The notes beneath the pieces were generated by a model that was not told where the DNA came from, did no database searches, and saw only the letters and a program-made list of their open reading frames with translations. A stretch of DNA of 64,000 bases, taken from Ascoidea asiatica JCM 7603. Taxonomy: Eukaryota > Fungi > Ascomycota. The translations under genes were made by a program, and so were the position numbers. Location of the stretch: positions 1,890,392-1,954,391 of the forward strand of contig BCKQ01000003.1 of the NCBI GenBank assembly GCA_001600695.1, given 5' to 3'. Shown in pieces: positions 10,736 through 22,865 of the stretch. The stretch's first letter is position 1; each line of letters opens with the position of its first letter.

Positions 10736-11653
10736 ATGATTAATGGTAGTGATACTGATGACTCAACTGATCCACTTACTGGAAAAAGGTATGCTGTTCA
10801 TACTGCTGATTTAGAAGAAGTACCGAGAGGTATTCAAAGACAAGCTTTAGATTTATCTGAATATAAATTCCCAACTCATAGATTACAAACTAAATTAATT
10901 GATGATTCAAAAATTCCTTTAGTTATTGTTGCTTGTGGTTCATTTTCTCCAATAACTTATTTACATTTAAGAATGTTTGAAATGGCTTTAGATACAATTA
11001 GAGAAGATACAAATTATGAAGTTATTGGTGGTTATTATTCTCCAGTTTCGGATTTTTATGAAAAAAAAGGTTTAGCTCCTGCAAAACATAGAATAAGAAT
11101 GTGTGAATTAGCTTGTGAAAGAACAAGTGGTTGGTTAATGGTTGATAGTTGGGAATCTTTACAACCAAAATATACAAGAACTGCTTTAGTCTTAGATCAT
11201 TTTCATCATGAAATTAATAATAATATTAATGGTAATTGTGGTATATATACTTCTGATATGAAAAAAAAAAAAGATATACAAATTATGTTATTAGCTGGTG
11301 GGGATTTAATTGAAAGTATGGGTGAACCTGATGTTTGGGCTGATGATGATTTACATCATATCTTAGGTAATTATGGTTGTTTAATTGTTGAAAGAACTGG
11401 TGCTGATGTTAGAAGTTTTCTTTTAGGTCATGATATAATGTATCAACATAGAAGAAATATCTTAGTTATTAAACAATTAATTTATAATGATATTAGTTCA
11501 ACAAAAGTTAGATTATTTTTAAGAAGAAATATGTCTATAAGATACCTTTTACCAAATTCTGTTATAAGATATATTAAAGAACATAATCTTTATATAAATG
11601 AAAGTGAACCTGTTAAACAAGTCTTAGAGAAAAAAGATTCAGAATATAGATAA
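10736..11653 (+). CDS. NMA1: Nicotinamide/nicotinate mononucleotide adenylyltransferase
   Basis: ACGSFSPITYLHLRMFE, WLMVDSWE, LLAGGDLIESM, NDISSTKVRLF; N-terminus shorter than S. cerevisiae Nma1/Nma2. Confidence 0.96.
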   Translation: MINGSDTDDSTDPLTGKRYAVHTADLEEVPRGIQRQALDLSEYKFPTHRLQTKLIDDSKIPLVIVACGSFSPITYLHLRMFEMALDTIREDTNYEVIGGYYSPVSDFYEKKGLAPAKHRIRMCELACERTSGWLMVDSWESLQPKYTRTALVLDHFHHEINNNINGNCGIYTSDMKKKKDIQIMLLAGGDLIESMGEPDVWADDDLHHILGNYGCLIVERTGADVRSFLLGHDIMYQHRRNILVIKQLIYNDISSTKVRLFLRRNMSIRYLLPNSVIRYIKEHNLYINESEPVKQVLEKKDSEYR

Positions 11654-12102
11654 ATATCTATTTTCATTCTCTCTTTTTTCTTTCTTACTGTCTTTTTTTT
11701 TTTTTTGTTACTGCTCTCTTTTTTTTAACTTAGATTTTTATATACCCATATCATATGACTCTATTAATTTTATCTCATTTTTTTGATTTTTTTTATTATC
11801 TTCTTAAACTTTCTTCCATTCTTTTCTTTTCTTTCATTATTATCTCATTTTTATTCTTACAATTCTCTAATGACGCTAATACAGTATAATAAAATAACTA
11901 TTACTATCGAGACCAATAATATGGGTCTACTTCTTTTACTTATTGTTTCCGACATTAACATTTTTATTGGTAGGTTTTTCCCTTTTTCATTTAAAATGAG
12001 AAATATTGAAATTTGAAATTTGAAATGTTTATTACAAAAAATGAATTAATTACTATTACTCTTACAATAAAGTTCAAAACATTATACAAATTTTATACCA
12101 AA

Positions 12103-12915
12103 ATGAGTAGATTTTTACTCAAAGGAATATCTAAACAATTTTTAAAATTGAGAATCTCCAAAATCAATAATTCTTTTTTATTATATCCTTACATAATACA
12201 AACACCAATCAAACAATTTTCTCCAAGTTTTATAAGACCTTTCTCTTTTTCACCAATTGCTTTAAAAAAAGCTTCAAAAAATAATTCAAATAAAAAATCT
12301 GATAAAATAAATAATATAAATAAATCTGATGATGAAATTAAATCTTCTGAACCAATAGAATTTGATTTTGAAGAATTAGAAAAAAAATATGAAAATGTTT
12401 TAATTAATCATCAAAAAAAAATTAATGAAATTAAACAAGGAACTGCAAATCCAAAAATTTTTGATAATTTACAAATTCCAATTTCTCATAATGAACAAGT
12501 TATTTTTACTTCAATTGCTCAAACTTTAGTTAAAGGTGGTAAAGTTTTAATAATTAATGTATTTGACCCAAAATATGTTAAAAATATTTTATCTGCTGTT
12601 CTTGCAAATAATTTTAATATGAATCCACAAGTTGATCCAAAAAACCCTCAAATTTTAAAAATTGATTTACCTCCAAGAACAACTGAATCAAAATTAGAAA
12701 TTATTAAAGAATTAAAAAAAAATTTTGAAAATTTTAAAAATTCTTCTTCAAAAATTTCTTTATCTGCAATTAGATCTGATGCAATGAAATTTACAAAATC
12801 TCTTAAACAAAAAGATTTTCAAAGAACTTTAACTAATGATATTGAAAAAATTCATAAAAATTATCAGAAAAAATTAGAAGTTGCTTTAAAAACTGGTGAA
12901 AAATCTGTTATGTAA
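12103..12915 (+). CDS. RRF1: Mitochondrial ribosome recycling factor
   Basis: GTANPKIFD, IAQT, VFDP, NMNPQ, LPPRTTES, IRSDA, IEKIHK RRF pattern; ATG 12103 gives a presequence-like MSRFLLK (ORF-track start 12013 is TTG). Confidence 0.88.
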   Translation: MSRFLLKGISKQFLKLRISKINNSFLLYPYIIQTPIKQFSPSFIRPFSFSPIALKKASKNNSNKKSDKINNINKSDDEIKSSEPIEFDFEELEKKYENVLINHQKKINEIKQGTANPKIFDNLQIPISHNEQVIFTSIAQTLVKGGKVLIINVFDPKYVKNILSAVLANNFNMNPQVDPKNPQILKIDLPPRTTESKLEIIKELKKNFENFKNSSSKISLSAIRSDAMKFTKSLKQKDFQRTLTNDIEKIHKNYQKKLEVALKTGEKSVM

Positions 12916-13111
12916 GATTATTGGAGCTTTTTTTTTTTTTCCTTTTTTCCTTTTTTCCTTTTTTTTTTTTTTTTTAAAAAGATAAATTTTATGTTATATG
13001 TTTATATTTGTATATATATATATATATGTAAAGCTACATGTTACAGGTCTTTTTCTTCTAATAGAATAGAATTCTAATAAAGTATTCAATAACTCTACGA
13101 TTGTTATAAAT

Positions 13112-13151
13112 TACAATCAAATACAATCAAATACAATCAAATACAATCAAA
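13112..13151. repeat. Tandem repeat (TACAATCAAA)x4
   Basis: Four exact 10-bp units read directly. Confidence 0.9.
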
Positions 13152-13654
13152 TATACACTATTTGAATATTTTATATGTAATTTCAATTAATGTCAGTTTT
13201 TGTGTCTATTAAGAAGAAAGTCGGATATTAGGGCAATACCTGCCCATAAAATATGTTTCGGCACTCTGTTCTAACAATATGTCCTAACTTAGACTTAAAC
13301 TCTTAGTATGATAAAGTCAATGTAAAGAAGCTAAGGATATTTACTAACATTATTGATAGTATTGAAGAAAGAAAATTTGTAATTAAAAATATACTGTATA
13401 TTTTAAGATCCACTAAATTTTATATATTAGAAAAAGAAATGCAAAAAAAGTTAATAAAAATTAAAATACCTAACAGAAAAAGTTTGAAAAAAAAAAAAAT
13501 AAAGAGGCATGAGGGAGTGAATTTATATAAAATTAAATGAGAAAATTAAAGCAAAGAAAGAAGAAGAAAGAATATGAAGAAGTGAAAAGATATTAGTCTA
13601 ATGAAAATAATTATAAAAATGAGAATGTATTATTACTATTTTAAAAAATAGTGA

Positions 13655-16600
13655 TTAAGGTCTGTCCAATTTTTCAAGAACCTTGACTAAAAGTTCATTT
13701 TGCAATTTTAAAGATTGCATTGTCTTATATTGTATAATAAATAATATGATTATCATGAAAAACATTAAAAATAAAAAGAATTCTGAAAAATAATCCCAAT
13801 AGCTTACTGGTTTAACTTCAAGCTTAGGTTCAGTTTTAACAATAGTTGGAACTGGAGTGATTTTCTTCAAAGAAGACACTGAAGCTTTTTTAATAGTTTT
13901 CCTTGATATGGATGGATTAGTTTTAATTGTTGTAATTTTCCCTTTATTTTTGAAATCTTTAAGAGCTTTTTCATGTTTTTTAACTTCGTTTACTACTGCA
14001 ACTGCAAAATCATCTGCTGATTTTTGTTGCCCACTTAAAGTACTTTTTTCAATCATACTTTTAATCCAACTTCTTCCACTCCAATTTATTTTAAAAGATA
14101 TTTGAATTTTAGTTTTGTTTTCTTCAGCCCATGCAAACTGATATCTAGTTTCAACATTAAATACGCTACCACTTGGAACATCGGGAGTTGAAACTTTAAG
14201 CACAATATCAACGCTTTTATTCAAATCATATGCTTCAATATACTCTACAACTTTAACAGATGTAGATTTTGGTCCTATTGAAAAATTTAAAGCCTTTATA
14301 TATTGATAATTTCTTTCTTTTTTACCAGTTTCTTCATTTAATTCAAATTTTCCATATTCGGTAATTTCAGAAGAATCTTGAGATTTTAAAAAATCCATAT
14401 GAAATTTATTACTTTTTTCACCATAACATAATTCAACTACAAAACCTAATGGGGCATCTAAAATTATTTCTTTTTTCAATATTTTTTCTTGATTTTCTTC
14501 AGTATTTGTATTAAAACCAGTTGGTGCATGTGTAGAAGGGCCAGCGTATAAAGCGGGTTCACTTGACGATGAAGCTGATAATGACATTGAAGATTTAGAA
14601 CCTGACTTACTTTGACTTTCAAAATCAAAAGTATCATTATGAGTATTAATACCATTAGATGTAACTACTTCTGGATCTTCTTCCAGATAATCTTCATCAT
14701 CAGCATAACCATCATCTTCTTCGTCATCTTCAAAATCAGCTATAGGCGGATTATGATGTTCATCATCATCAATAGAAAGAACAACTCTTTCGATCATATC
14801 ATTTTCATCATCATCATCATCGTCATCATCATTAACCAGTACTTTACTTATTTTGCTATTATTATTACTGTTATTAATAGTTTTATTTGAATTATTATTA
14901 TCAAAACTATTTTTGATGGTATCATTTGTTGATTGTCTTATTATAGTGCTACTACTATTAGATAAATTAGTTTTTGATCCATTCATAATTTTTCTTCTAT
15001 CCGAATTAGATGATTTAACAAGATTGTCTCTAGAGTTAGATTTTGAATTAGAATCCGAATTCGAGCTTGCATATGGATTAGAATCTTTGTCAGAATTATT
15101 TACTAAACTATTACTAGAACTATTACTAGTGAGATTTCTTAAATTGAAATTAGAATCATTAGAATGCTCATCAATTAGTAATTTATTTGTAATATATGCT
15201 TTCCATGTTATATCAAAAAATTCAAAAGCTTGATCTCTTGAAACAAAAGTAGCAAAATAATGTTTTGAGAATTTTGTTTGAATTGCAATACCATTTGGAA
15301 ATAAACCTGCTGTTGAAGTTTTCTCAAATCCAATTACATCATCAAAGGATATAACCAAATTTGTAACCCAACCTAATAATCTTGAATTAAAACAAATATT
15401 ATTATTTGAAATATAAATTCTACCTTGTAATAATATTTCTCTACTTAAAGCACAGGCAAAATCATCAATTAATCTATCATCAGTTGATATTGATTTAAAG
15501 ATTTCATGAAAATTTTGATTTCTTTGTAAAGAAGCAAATCTATACTTAGTTTTTAGAGCAAATTCATCTATAAAATATTTTGGATTATAATCTTTTGAAC
15601 CATTTTTATTTTTATCATTGATTTGATTATAATCTATATCATCTTGAAAAAGAGAATTCATATCATCATCTTTATTTGATTTGTTTTGTAAAGGTGAGTT
15701 CAATGCTGAATTTGAAGGCGAACTATTATTATTATTATTGTTAGTGTATAAAGGATTTGAAGATTTTCTTTTTGGACGATAAGAAACCATATTGGGAGTT
15801 GTAGTAATTATACCATCATTATCAGTAACAGATAAGGAATCATATAAAAAAGAAGTTGATGGAGGAGAAGGAGCAGAAGTAACTCTTTTATGAGATTTTT
15901 TAAAACGAGCAGAAGGTAAAGAAGAAGATAAAGTATCATTGATTTCATTCAGTTCATCAGGTAAAATATTTCCATTATTATTTGGAAGATTATTATTTGA
16001 ATTAGAATTTGTTGTCACACTCATTGTTTTTTGAAAAGCAGTAGTTACAGAACTAGCTGCAACTTTATAAACATTAGAGAAAAAAGCAGAAGAACTTCTA
16101 CTCATATTCGATTCAGAAATTTCATTTGAATCATTTGAATCTCTATCTTTATCATTATTATCATTTCTAATTATATCTATATTTTTAGATTTTAAAGAAT
16201 TATTTTTTTTTGAATTTTTATTCTTATTTTTATTTTTAATTTTATTTTGATTTTTTAATTTATCTTTATTTTGTTCAATATTATAATTTAAAGATTCAAT
16301 TGCATTTTTTGGTTTTAAAGTTGAAAAATTATCACTATCATTATAAAAATAACTTGCATTTGAATCAATTAAAATTTCAGTTGGATTAAGACTTGAATTC
16401 ATTTCTAAAGTATCATCATTATTTTCAGAATTGATGAAATTTCCATTTACATTTACAATAGAATTATCATTGACGTCTTGATTATTTTTATTATTATCAT
16501 TATTAATTTTATTATTATTAAGATCATTATCATTATCTAAATCTGAAAAATTGTTAACTCTTAAAGCATTTATATTACTTGTTGAAAGAGATCTCATGGT

Positions 16601-16887
16601 ATTTGAACGACTTCTACTTCTACTTAATCTAACATTGACTACAGATTCTACATCAGTTTTAGTCATATGAGGATCAGCAGGAGTTGATTTTATATAAGCA
16701 CTATTACCTAAAGAAATAGAAGATGCATAACCACTTTCTTGAATATTTGAGGAAGAAATTGAGGAAGAAGATAAATTTGATTTTGTAGTTATATCAAATT
16801 TTGAAATTGCAGTTATAGAATTTGAGTTAAGATTTGAGTTACAATTTGTATTAAAATTTGTATTAATTGGAGAAGTAGTAATAATAC

Positions 16888-16953
<66 letters not shown>

Positions 16954-17179
16954 TTACAGAAGAAGATTGAAAATTTGAAGAAAATGAACCTCTTCTTGTT
17001 AATTCACGATATAATAATTTTGTTGGAGGAGATATTGAAGATTTTGCAGAAGAATTATCATTTGAATTAGTTTTTTGAGAATCTGGAATATTTATATTCT
17101 TAGAAGAATTATTTGAAACTGAATTAGGATATGAGAAATTGTTTATTATTGAAATATTTTTTGATTGATCTTGCGACAT
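13655..17179 (-). CDS. Membrane-contact-site lipid transfer protein, GRAM + single VASt/StARkin + C-terminal TM (Lam5/Lam6 type)
   Basis: GRAM: RNQNFHEIF...DDFACALSREILLQGRIYIS...CFNSRLLGWVTNLVI; VASt: GPKST...TPDVPSGSVF...WSGRSWIKSMIEKS; terminal TM plus coiled coil; Asn/Ser-rich linkers. Confidence 0.9.
16889..16948 (-). repeat. (AAT)20 coding microsatellite (poly-Asn)
   Basis: Uninterrupted ATT/AAT run inside the LAM-type ORF. Confidence 0.9.
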
Positions 17180-18851
17180 TATGAAGATTAAAATTAATTG
17201 ACAGAAGCACGATAAATATATTCTTTTCTTTTATTTATTTTGTTAATCTATAAGATTTTATTTATAATATAGTGTTTTTATTAATCTTATTTGAAGTTTA
17301 GTTGACTTTTAGAAATTAAGAAAGAAATGAAGAAAAATTAAAAGGAAGTTGAAGTGATAAATATGTTGCTTAATGTTAGAAAAACCAAAACAGGTTTTAA
17401 ATAATTATAAAAGAAAGGAGATAAATAGTACAATTGGAATAAATGTTAAGAAAGCTATGATGACAATAATTGCTGTACGAGTTAAAATAGTATTGTAGAA
17501 AGTGAGTTGCACTGTGGTATAAATGAGACGAATTGAACAATTGATAAATACTTATGTTAAGAAGAGAGTAAATCAGAAGAGTATATGATATCGAGTATGT
17601 GAGACTTATATATAAAAGACAATTGATTTCAAAAAAAAGATGAAATAAAAGGCAGTCGTATACCATAAAAGTTTGTGAAATTAATAACAATATCAAATTA
17701 AATGTAATACTGTGAAATAGAATAGAATAAAATAAAATAAAGGTTAATCAGTTTCAATCAGATGAATCAAATGAATGAAGGAATAAACAAGCAAAGTAAA
17801 GGCTGAAAGTATGCGTAGTTAAGGTCGGCAGAGGGGCACTACCACCCTAAATGAGGCAGCTCGGCAGTGGAGTGGCGCATTCCGAGGACTCATCCGAGGG
17901 CTATTAGTATGGCCAGTCAAGTGAGAGCCGTCCAGTAAAGTGCTGTTTCAGGAATACCTGCTCGGAGTTGATTAAAAAAATCAAGTAAATACTTCCGTAT
18001 CTGGCAATGTATAGAATAGTACCGGTTTTATCTTATTTTTGTATTTATTAAGATATGAAACGTGAAATATAAAATATAAAAGAAAATAAAAAAATAAAAT
18101 AGTAAATAAAATAGTAAATAAAATAGTTGAATATTGCCATAGACTAAAGTACACCATCCTATTTAAAGCAAAAATACAACCTTCTTCTTTCTGCTGCACT
18201 TTGATCTTATCTTTCGTAGTGTTGACTCGAGTCATAAAGGACCACTCGTGAACAACAAAGTAGTAAATATCAAACCCTAGTCCTGATATTGGAATTGTTA
18301 TTCAAACTACTCGCTTTCACCAATGTTTACCATTTTGTATTGAATTCTGGTCGAGTAAAAAACAGACCTTCTTTTTTGCAATTTTATCTTCCTTTAATTC
18401 TCTGTTGTAAATTAATTTAAAAAATTTAACTTTTTCTTTTAGTTAATCAAAAAAGTCGTAAAATTGTCTTTTTCTCGTTTGACTCGTTTGACTCGTATTT
18501 GAGTATGCAAATAGAACATGATAAATTTATTTAATGAAACATTGAGGAAATTTTTTCAAATATTCCTCTCTTTTGAAATTTAATTTCAAAATTCTTTTCA
18601 AAAGAATATTTAATTTCAAATATCTTTAATGATATTTTAAGTTACTCTATTTATTACAAAAAAATTTTCAGTGATATTCAAGTTATGTATTGAATTTCAC
18701 AGTTCAATTAACTTAGCAGTTAACAACTTACTTTCATAACTTCACTTAGTCGAGTGCCCCTAAACAACTAGAAACTAACATTTGCCAATAATACAAAATA
18801 TTTCATATAATATAATAATACAATCGTAGAAGATAATTTAATTTACTCTAT

Positions 18852-20015
18852 CTAAATTTTATTTGGTTTGATTCTTTTATCTGCTATAAAATCATCATAA
18901 TAATCATCATCTTTAGGTACATCTTTCTCTAAACCTCTTTTATTATTAATATTTGAGTAAATTTTATTTGAATGATCTAACAGTATATTTTTTTCTTCAC
19001 TGTTTATTTCTATTTGATTTTCTTTATCGTCTAGAGATGCAATACTATTTTCTTTATCTATTTTACTATTATTTTGATATTCATAATTATCATTATTGCT
19101 ACTGTTAACTTCATCTTTATTTTTATCCTTATTTTTACTTTTATCGTTCAAAATATGAAAATATTGAATTTGATCTCCTTCAATTTTTTTAATTTTATTC
19201 ACAATATTATGAACTGTTTTAATTTTTAAACCTTTTGCATCTTTACTTAATTTATTAAAATATTTATCATTTTCGATTAATTTATTTAATGTTTCTCTAA
19301 TATTTATTGGTGAAAATCCTTTCAATGCTTCTTTTTCAACTAATTCTTTTAAAAATGGTGAAATTTTATAATTATCACTATCTTTAATCAAATGATTATG
19401 TCCTCCTTTACTTTGACTTAATTTATATTCATTTGGTGTTTCAGTAATTACTAATTTAGCTGGACAATGAAAATTCAAATATTTATTTTTTTGGTCTTTA
19501 TTTTCTCTTTGTTTTATTTTCTTTTGATTATTATTATTATTATTCTTTTTATCATCAATATTTTTATTATTTTTATTGTTTTTATCAGTTTTATTATCTT
19601 TAATTGAATCATATCTTTTACCAGCCAATCTACATTCATATCTTAACTTTCTAATATTTCTTTTATTGAATGGTTTTTTACCACCACTTTGAAATCTATA
19701 AATATTACTAATTGATGTCATTATTTGAAATCCGAATTCATTTTTTGGAATAACTAATATTTTTTCATTATATTTTTTGTTATTAATTGAATCTTCTAAT
19801 GAACATTCTATTGTATTTTCTAATAAATTTTTAATAATAATTTTAGTTCCATCGATATCTTTTACAATTGAATTAACATTTTCTGTTTGTTTTTCTATTT
19901 CTTCAATTTCTATCTCATTTTGTCTATTTATATTACTATTCAATTCAAATATTTCATTTCTGTATTCAATCAATCTCTCTAATTGAAAATTATTGTCAGA
20001 TAAATCAAATTCCAT
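18852..20015 (-). CDS. Mutator(MULE)-derived WRKY/GCM1 (FAR1-like) zinc-finger DNA-binding protein, no DDE domain
   Basis: RYECRL...HCPAKLVIT...GGHNH (C..C..HxH) followed by KELVEKEALKGFSPINIRETL helical segment typical of fungal MULE N-termini; remainder low-complexity. Confidence 0.7.
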   Translation of the reverse strand: MEFDLSDNNFQLERLIEYRNEIFELNSNINRQNEIEIEEIEKQTENVNSIVKDIDGTKIIIKNLLENTIECSLEDSINNKKYNEKILVIPKNEFGFQIMTSISNIYRFQSGGKKPFNKRNIRKLRYECRLAGKRYDSIKDNKTDKNNKNNKNIDDKKNNNNNNQKKIKQRENKDQKNKYLNFHCPAKLVITETPNEYKLSQSKGGHNHLIKDSDNYKISPFLKELVEKEALKGFSPINIRETLNKLIENDKYFNKLSKDAKGLKIKTVHNIVNKIKKIEGDQIQYFHILNDKSKNKDKNKDEVNSSNNDNYEYQNNSKIDKENSIASLDDKENQIEINSEEKNILLDHSNKIYSNINNKRGLEKDVPKDDDYYDDFIADKRIKPNKI

Positions 20016-20424
20016 TTTATATTATTTTTTTTTTTTTATTTTATAACTTTAATAAAATTAATTTCAGGGTACAATAATCATAAAACTTTTGAATTTACTT
20101 TTTGACTAAAATGAGCTTCAGCGTTACGTAGTAAATTTACTCTATTTACAAACTGAATTAAATTAATAAAATTTACTGTCGCGTGATCAAATAATCCGAA
20201 TTTTCAAGCGTTTAAAAATAAAAACAAAAATAAATTCGATTATGAAAATCTTTTAATGAAAAAAGTAAAAGAAATTAATAGATTTTAAAATATATTATAC
20301 TGTCTGAGGAAATGGTTGTTAACAGCTTATGAAATGACAATAGTGAAATGCAAAAAAAATGTATATGGTATATGAAAAAAAAAGAAAGAAATAGAAACAG
20401 AAAAAGAAAAAGAAACAAAAAAAA

Positions 20425-21915
20425 TTAACCCCAAAAATAATCAATGAAATAACATAACCAACCACCATAACTTAAAGAATTTAAAAGCCATTTAAAAAAA
20501 GAATTTAATTTAATTTTATTATTTAAAACTCTACAAGAATTAGTTCCTTCACTTTCAAGACCATTACCCATTTTAATATAAGTATTAACTCTACAACCAT
20601 TCCAAAAATTCCACCATTTAAATCTTTGACAAGTTACTTTTCTAATTAAATTTTTTGTTAATGGACCACTTGGACCATCAATATATTTCCATTCCCATGG
20701 AGACCAAACTTGTCTTTTATCAGAAGGTAATAATTTTTTATTACCCCAATGACCTTTAAATTTTAACCAATCACCATAATTTAATTCAGGATAATGATTT
20801 GAATAATTTTGAATAGTTAAAGTATTATTAAAATCATAAGTATAAGCTAAATAATTTAAAGAAGGATCCCATAATGGACCTCTATCAGTAAAATCACTTA
20901 AAATTGAATATGGTAAATCATGAGAATGTTGACCAACACTTGCATAATTTGCATGGGTACCTCTTGCAGAAAATATTATTGGTCTTTTATTTCTTGGATC
21001 ATTTAATCTTTCATTTTTATTTTTTTTATTTAATTTATTTGGTAAATAATCAAATTTTTCTAAAGCATTATAAATATAACCATCACCTCCACCATGAGAA
21101 CTCATCCAAGCAATAATTGGAGTTTTATTATAAAATCTAACTAAAGAATGTTCCCAATCACCAACATGATTACCATATGGACCTTTACCCATAACAAAAG
21201 GACCTAAATTAAAACTATAAAAATAGAACCAATAAGAATCTATCCAACCATTACCTTTATCAACAACAATTAAAATTGCAGGAGCATCTTTTATTAAACC
21301 ATTTTGTAAAGAAGGTTTATTTTTTTTACCAGTTAAATAATCTGGATCTTTTGTAAAATCATCATTTGAAGTTAAAAAAATATTTTCAAAATTTGATAAA
21401 TTTGAATAATTAGATAAATGTTTTAAAGTCAAAGGTAAAGAATGTGATAAATTTGTACCATTATTAAAAATTAAATGAAAATTCGAAACAAAATCTTCAA
21501 CATCATAAGGTAAATATTTTTCTTCAGAATATAAATGAACAAAAGGACAATAATCTATAACAAATTTTGGTATTTCACCAGCTTTTATTGTTCTCTCATT
21601 TGGAGAAGGATTTATAATTATTGGAGGTAATTTTTTTAAAATTGAATTTTTATTAATTGAAAATTCATCTTCATTGCTATTTTTATTATTATTTTTATTA
21701 TCTAATTCAAAATTTTTTTTATAAATCTCATTCATATCAATATTTTCAAAAGGATCTTGATTTAAAATATTTAAATGATTTTGATTAACAAAATTTAAAT
21801 TTGAATTTAAATTTATATTATGATTTAAATCATTATGAGAATCTATAGGATATGAATTAATGAAATCTACATTATAAAATAATAAAACATTTATAAATAA
21901 AAAAAATAATAGCAT
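20425..21915 (-). CDS. VPS62: Vps62/Tda6 family protein
   Basis: IPKFVIDYCPFVHLYSEEKYLP, WFYFYSFNLGPFVMG, GNHVGDWEHSLVRF, FSARGTHANY, DFTDRGPLWDP; N-terminal signal/TM. ATG at 21915. Confidence 0.93.
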   Translation of the reverse strand: MLLFFLFINVLLFYNVDFINSYPIDSHNDLNHNINLNSNLNFVNQNHLNILNQDPFENIDMNEIYKKNFELDNKNNNKNSNEDEFSINKNSILKKLPPIIINPSPNERTIKAGEIPKFVIDYCPFVHLYSEEKYLPYDVEDFVSNFHLIFNNGTNLSHSLPLTLKHLSNYSNLSNFENIFLTSNDDFTKDPDYLTGKKNKPSLQNGLIKDAPAILIVVDKGNGWIDSYWFYFYSFNLGPFVMGKGPYGNHVGDWEHSLVRFYNKTPIIAWMSSHGGGDGYIYNALEKFDYLPNKLNKKNKNERLNDPRNKRPIIFSARGTHANYASVGQHSHDLPYSILSDFTDRGPLWDPSLNYLAYTYDFNNTLTIQNYSNHYPELNYGDWLKFKGHWGNKKLLPSDKRQVWSPWEWKYIDGPSGPLTKNLIRKVTCQRFKWWNFWNGCRVNTYIKMGNGLESEGTNSCRVLNNKIKLNSFFKWLLNSLSYGGWLCYFIDYFWG

Positions 21916-22865
21916 TATCAAATCGATTTAATTTATATTGAAGTTATAAAGAAGAAAATCAAATCAAATCAAAATAATAATAATAATAATAATAATAAGA
22001 ATAAATAAAATAATACAAAAATAATAAGAAATTAAAGAGAATTCCAAAATAAAAGAAAATCGTAGAGTATAAATAGAGTAATTTACTTGATAAAGGTAGA
22101 GTAAAGGTAAGAGCTAAAGGTAAATAGGAATCGTCGGTTAATCGCATTGAAAGTGCTGATAAGGGTCATATGCGAGCAGAATAGACCCCGTGTAGTCACA
22201 TGGCAAGAAGTAAAAAGTAAGCCGAGCACGTGCGCATGCGAGACCACATTAAAGGAGCTGAATAATCTTGTTTACAGTGCAAGCATTGATGAAAATCAGG
22301 ACAAGGAAGCAGGCCGGGACAGCAGAGGAAGAAAAAAAAGAAGAAAAAGGCCTGGTGCTGCTGTTTCTAGCTGGAGATTCGAAGGTGAATGAATGAAGGA
22401 AAGTAAATGAATGAAATTAAATGACAACACAGCACTGGTACTGGAAGTAAGTAGTACCGTGGTAGAATAAATAGTAAGTGAGCATTAGTGCTAGCGCATG
22501 CTTTGAAAATACTTCAATATTATCTTGATTCAAACGAAATCAGACTTGTATGAGATCTTCATTACCACCAGCTTTTCACTTACCTTTATTTCACATATAT
22601 TATATTACTTTCATTACCACTTTCATTTTAATTGAAGGTATATTTATATTTATAATTAAGGATATTAACCAAGGAATATAATTACATTTGCTGCTTTATA
22701 GTTGGTAAATAGTCTTTGGTATCGTTAGTTCATTTCACTTTTCATTTTTTTCCTATTTTGCATTTCTTTTCATTTCTTATTTTAAATATTAAATATTAAA
22801 TATCAAATATATTATTATTAATATATCATTCAATTCATTATTCCAATCATAATTAATATTCAAAT

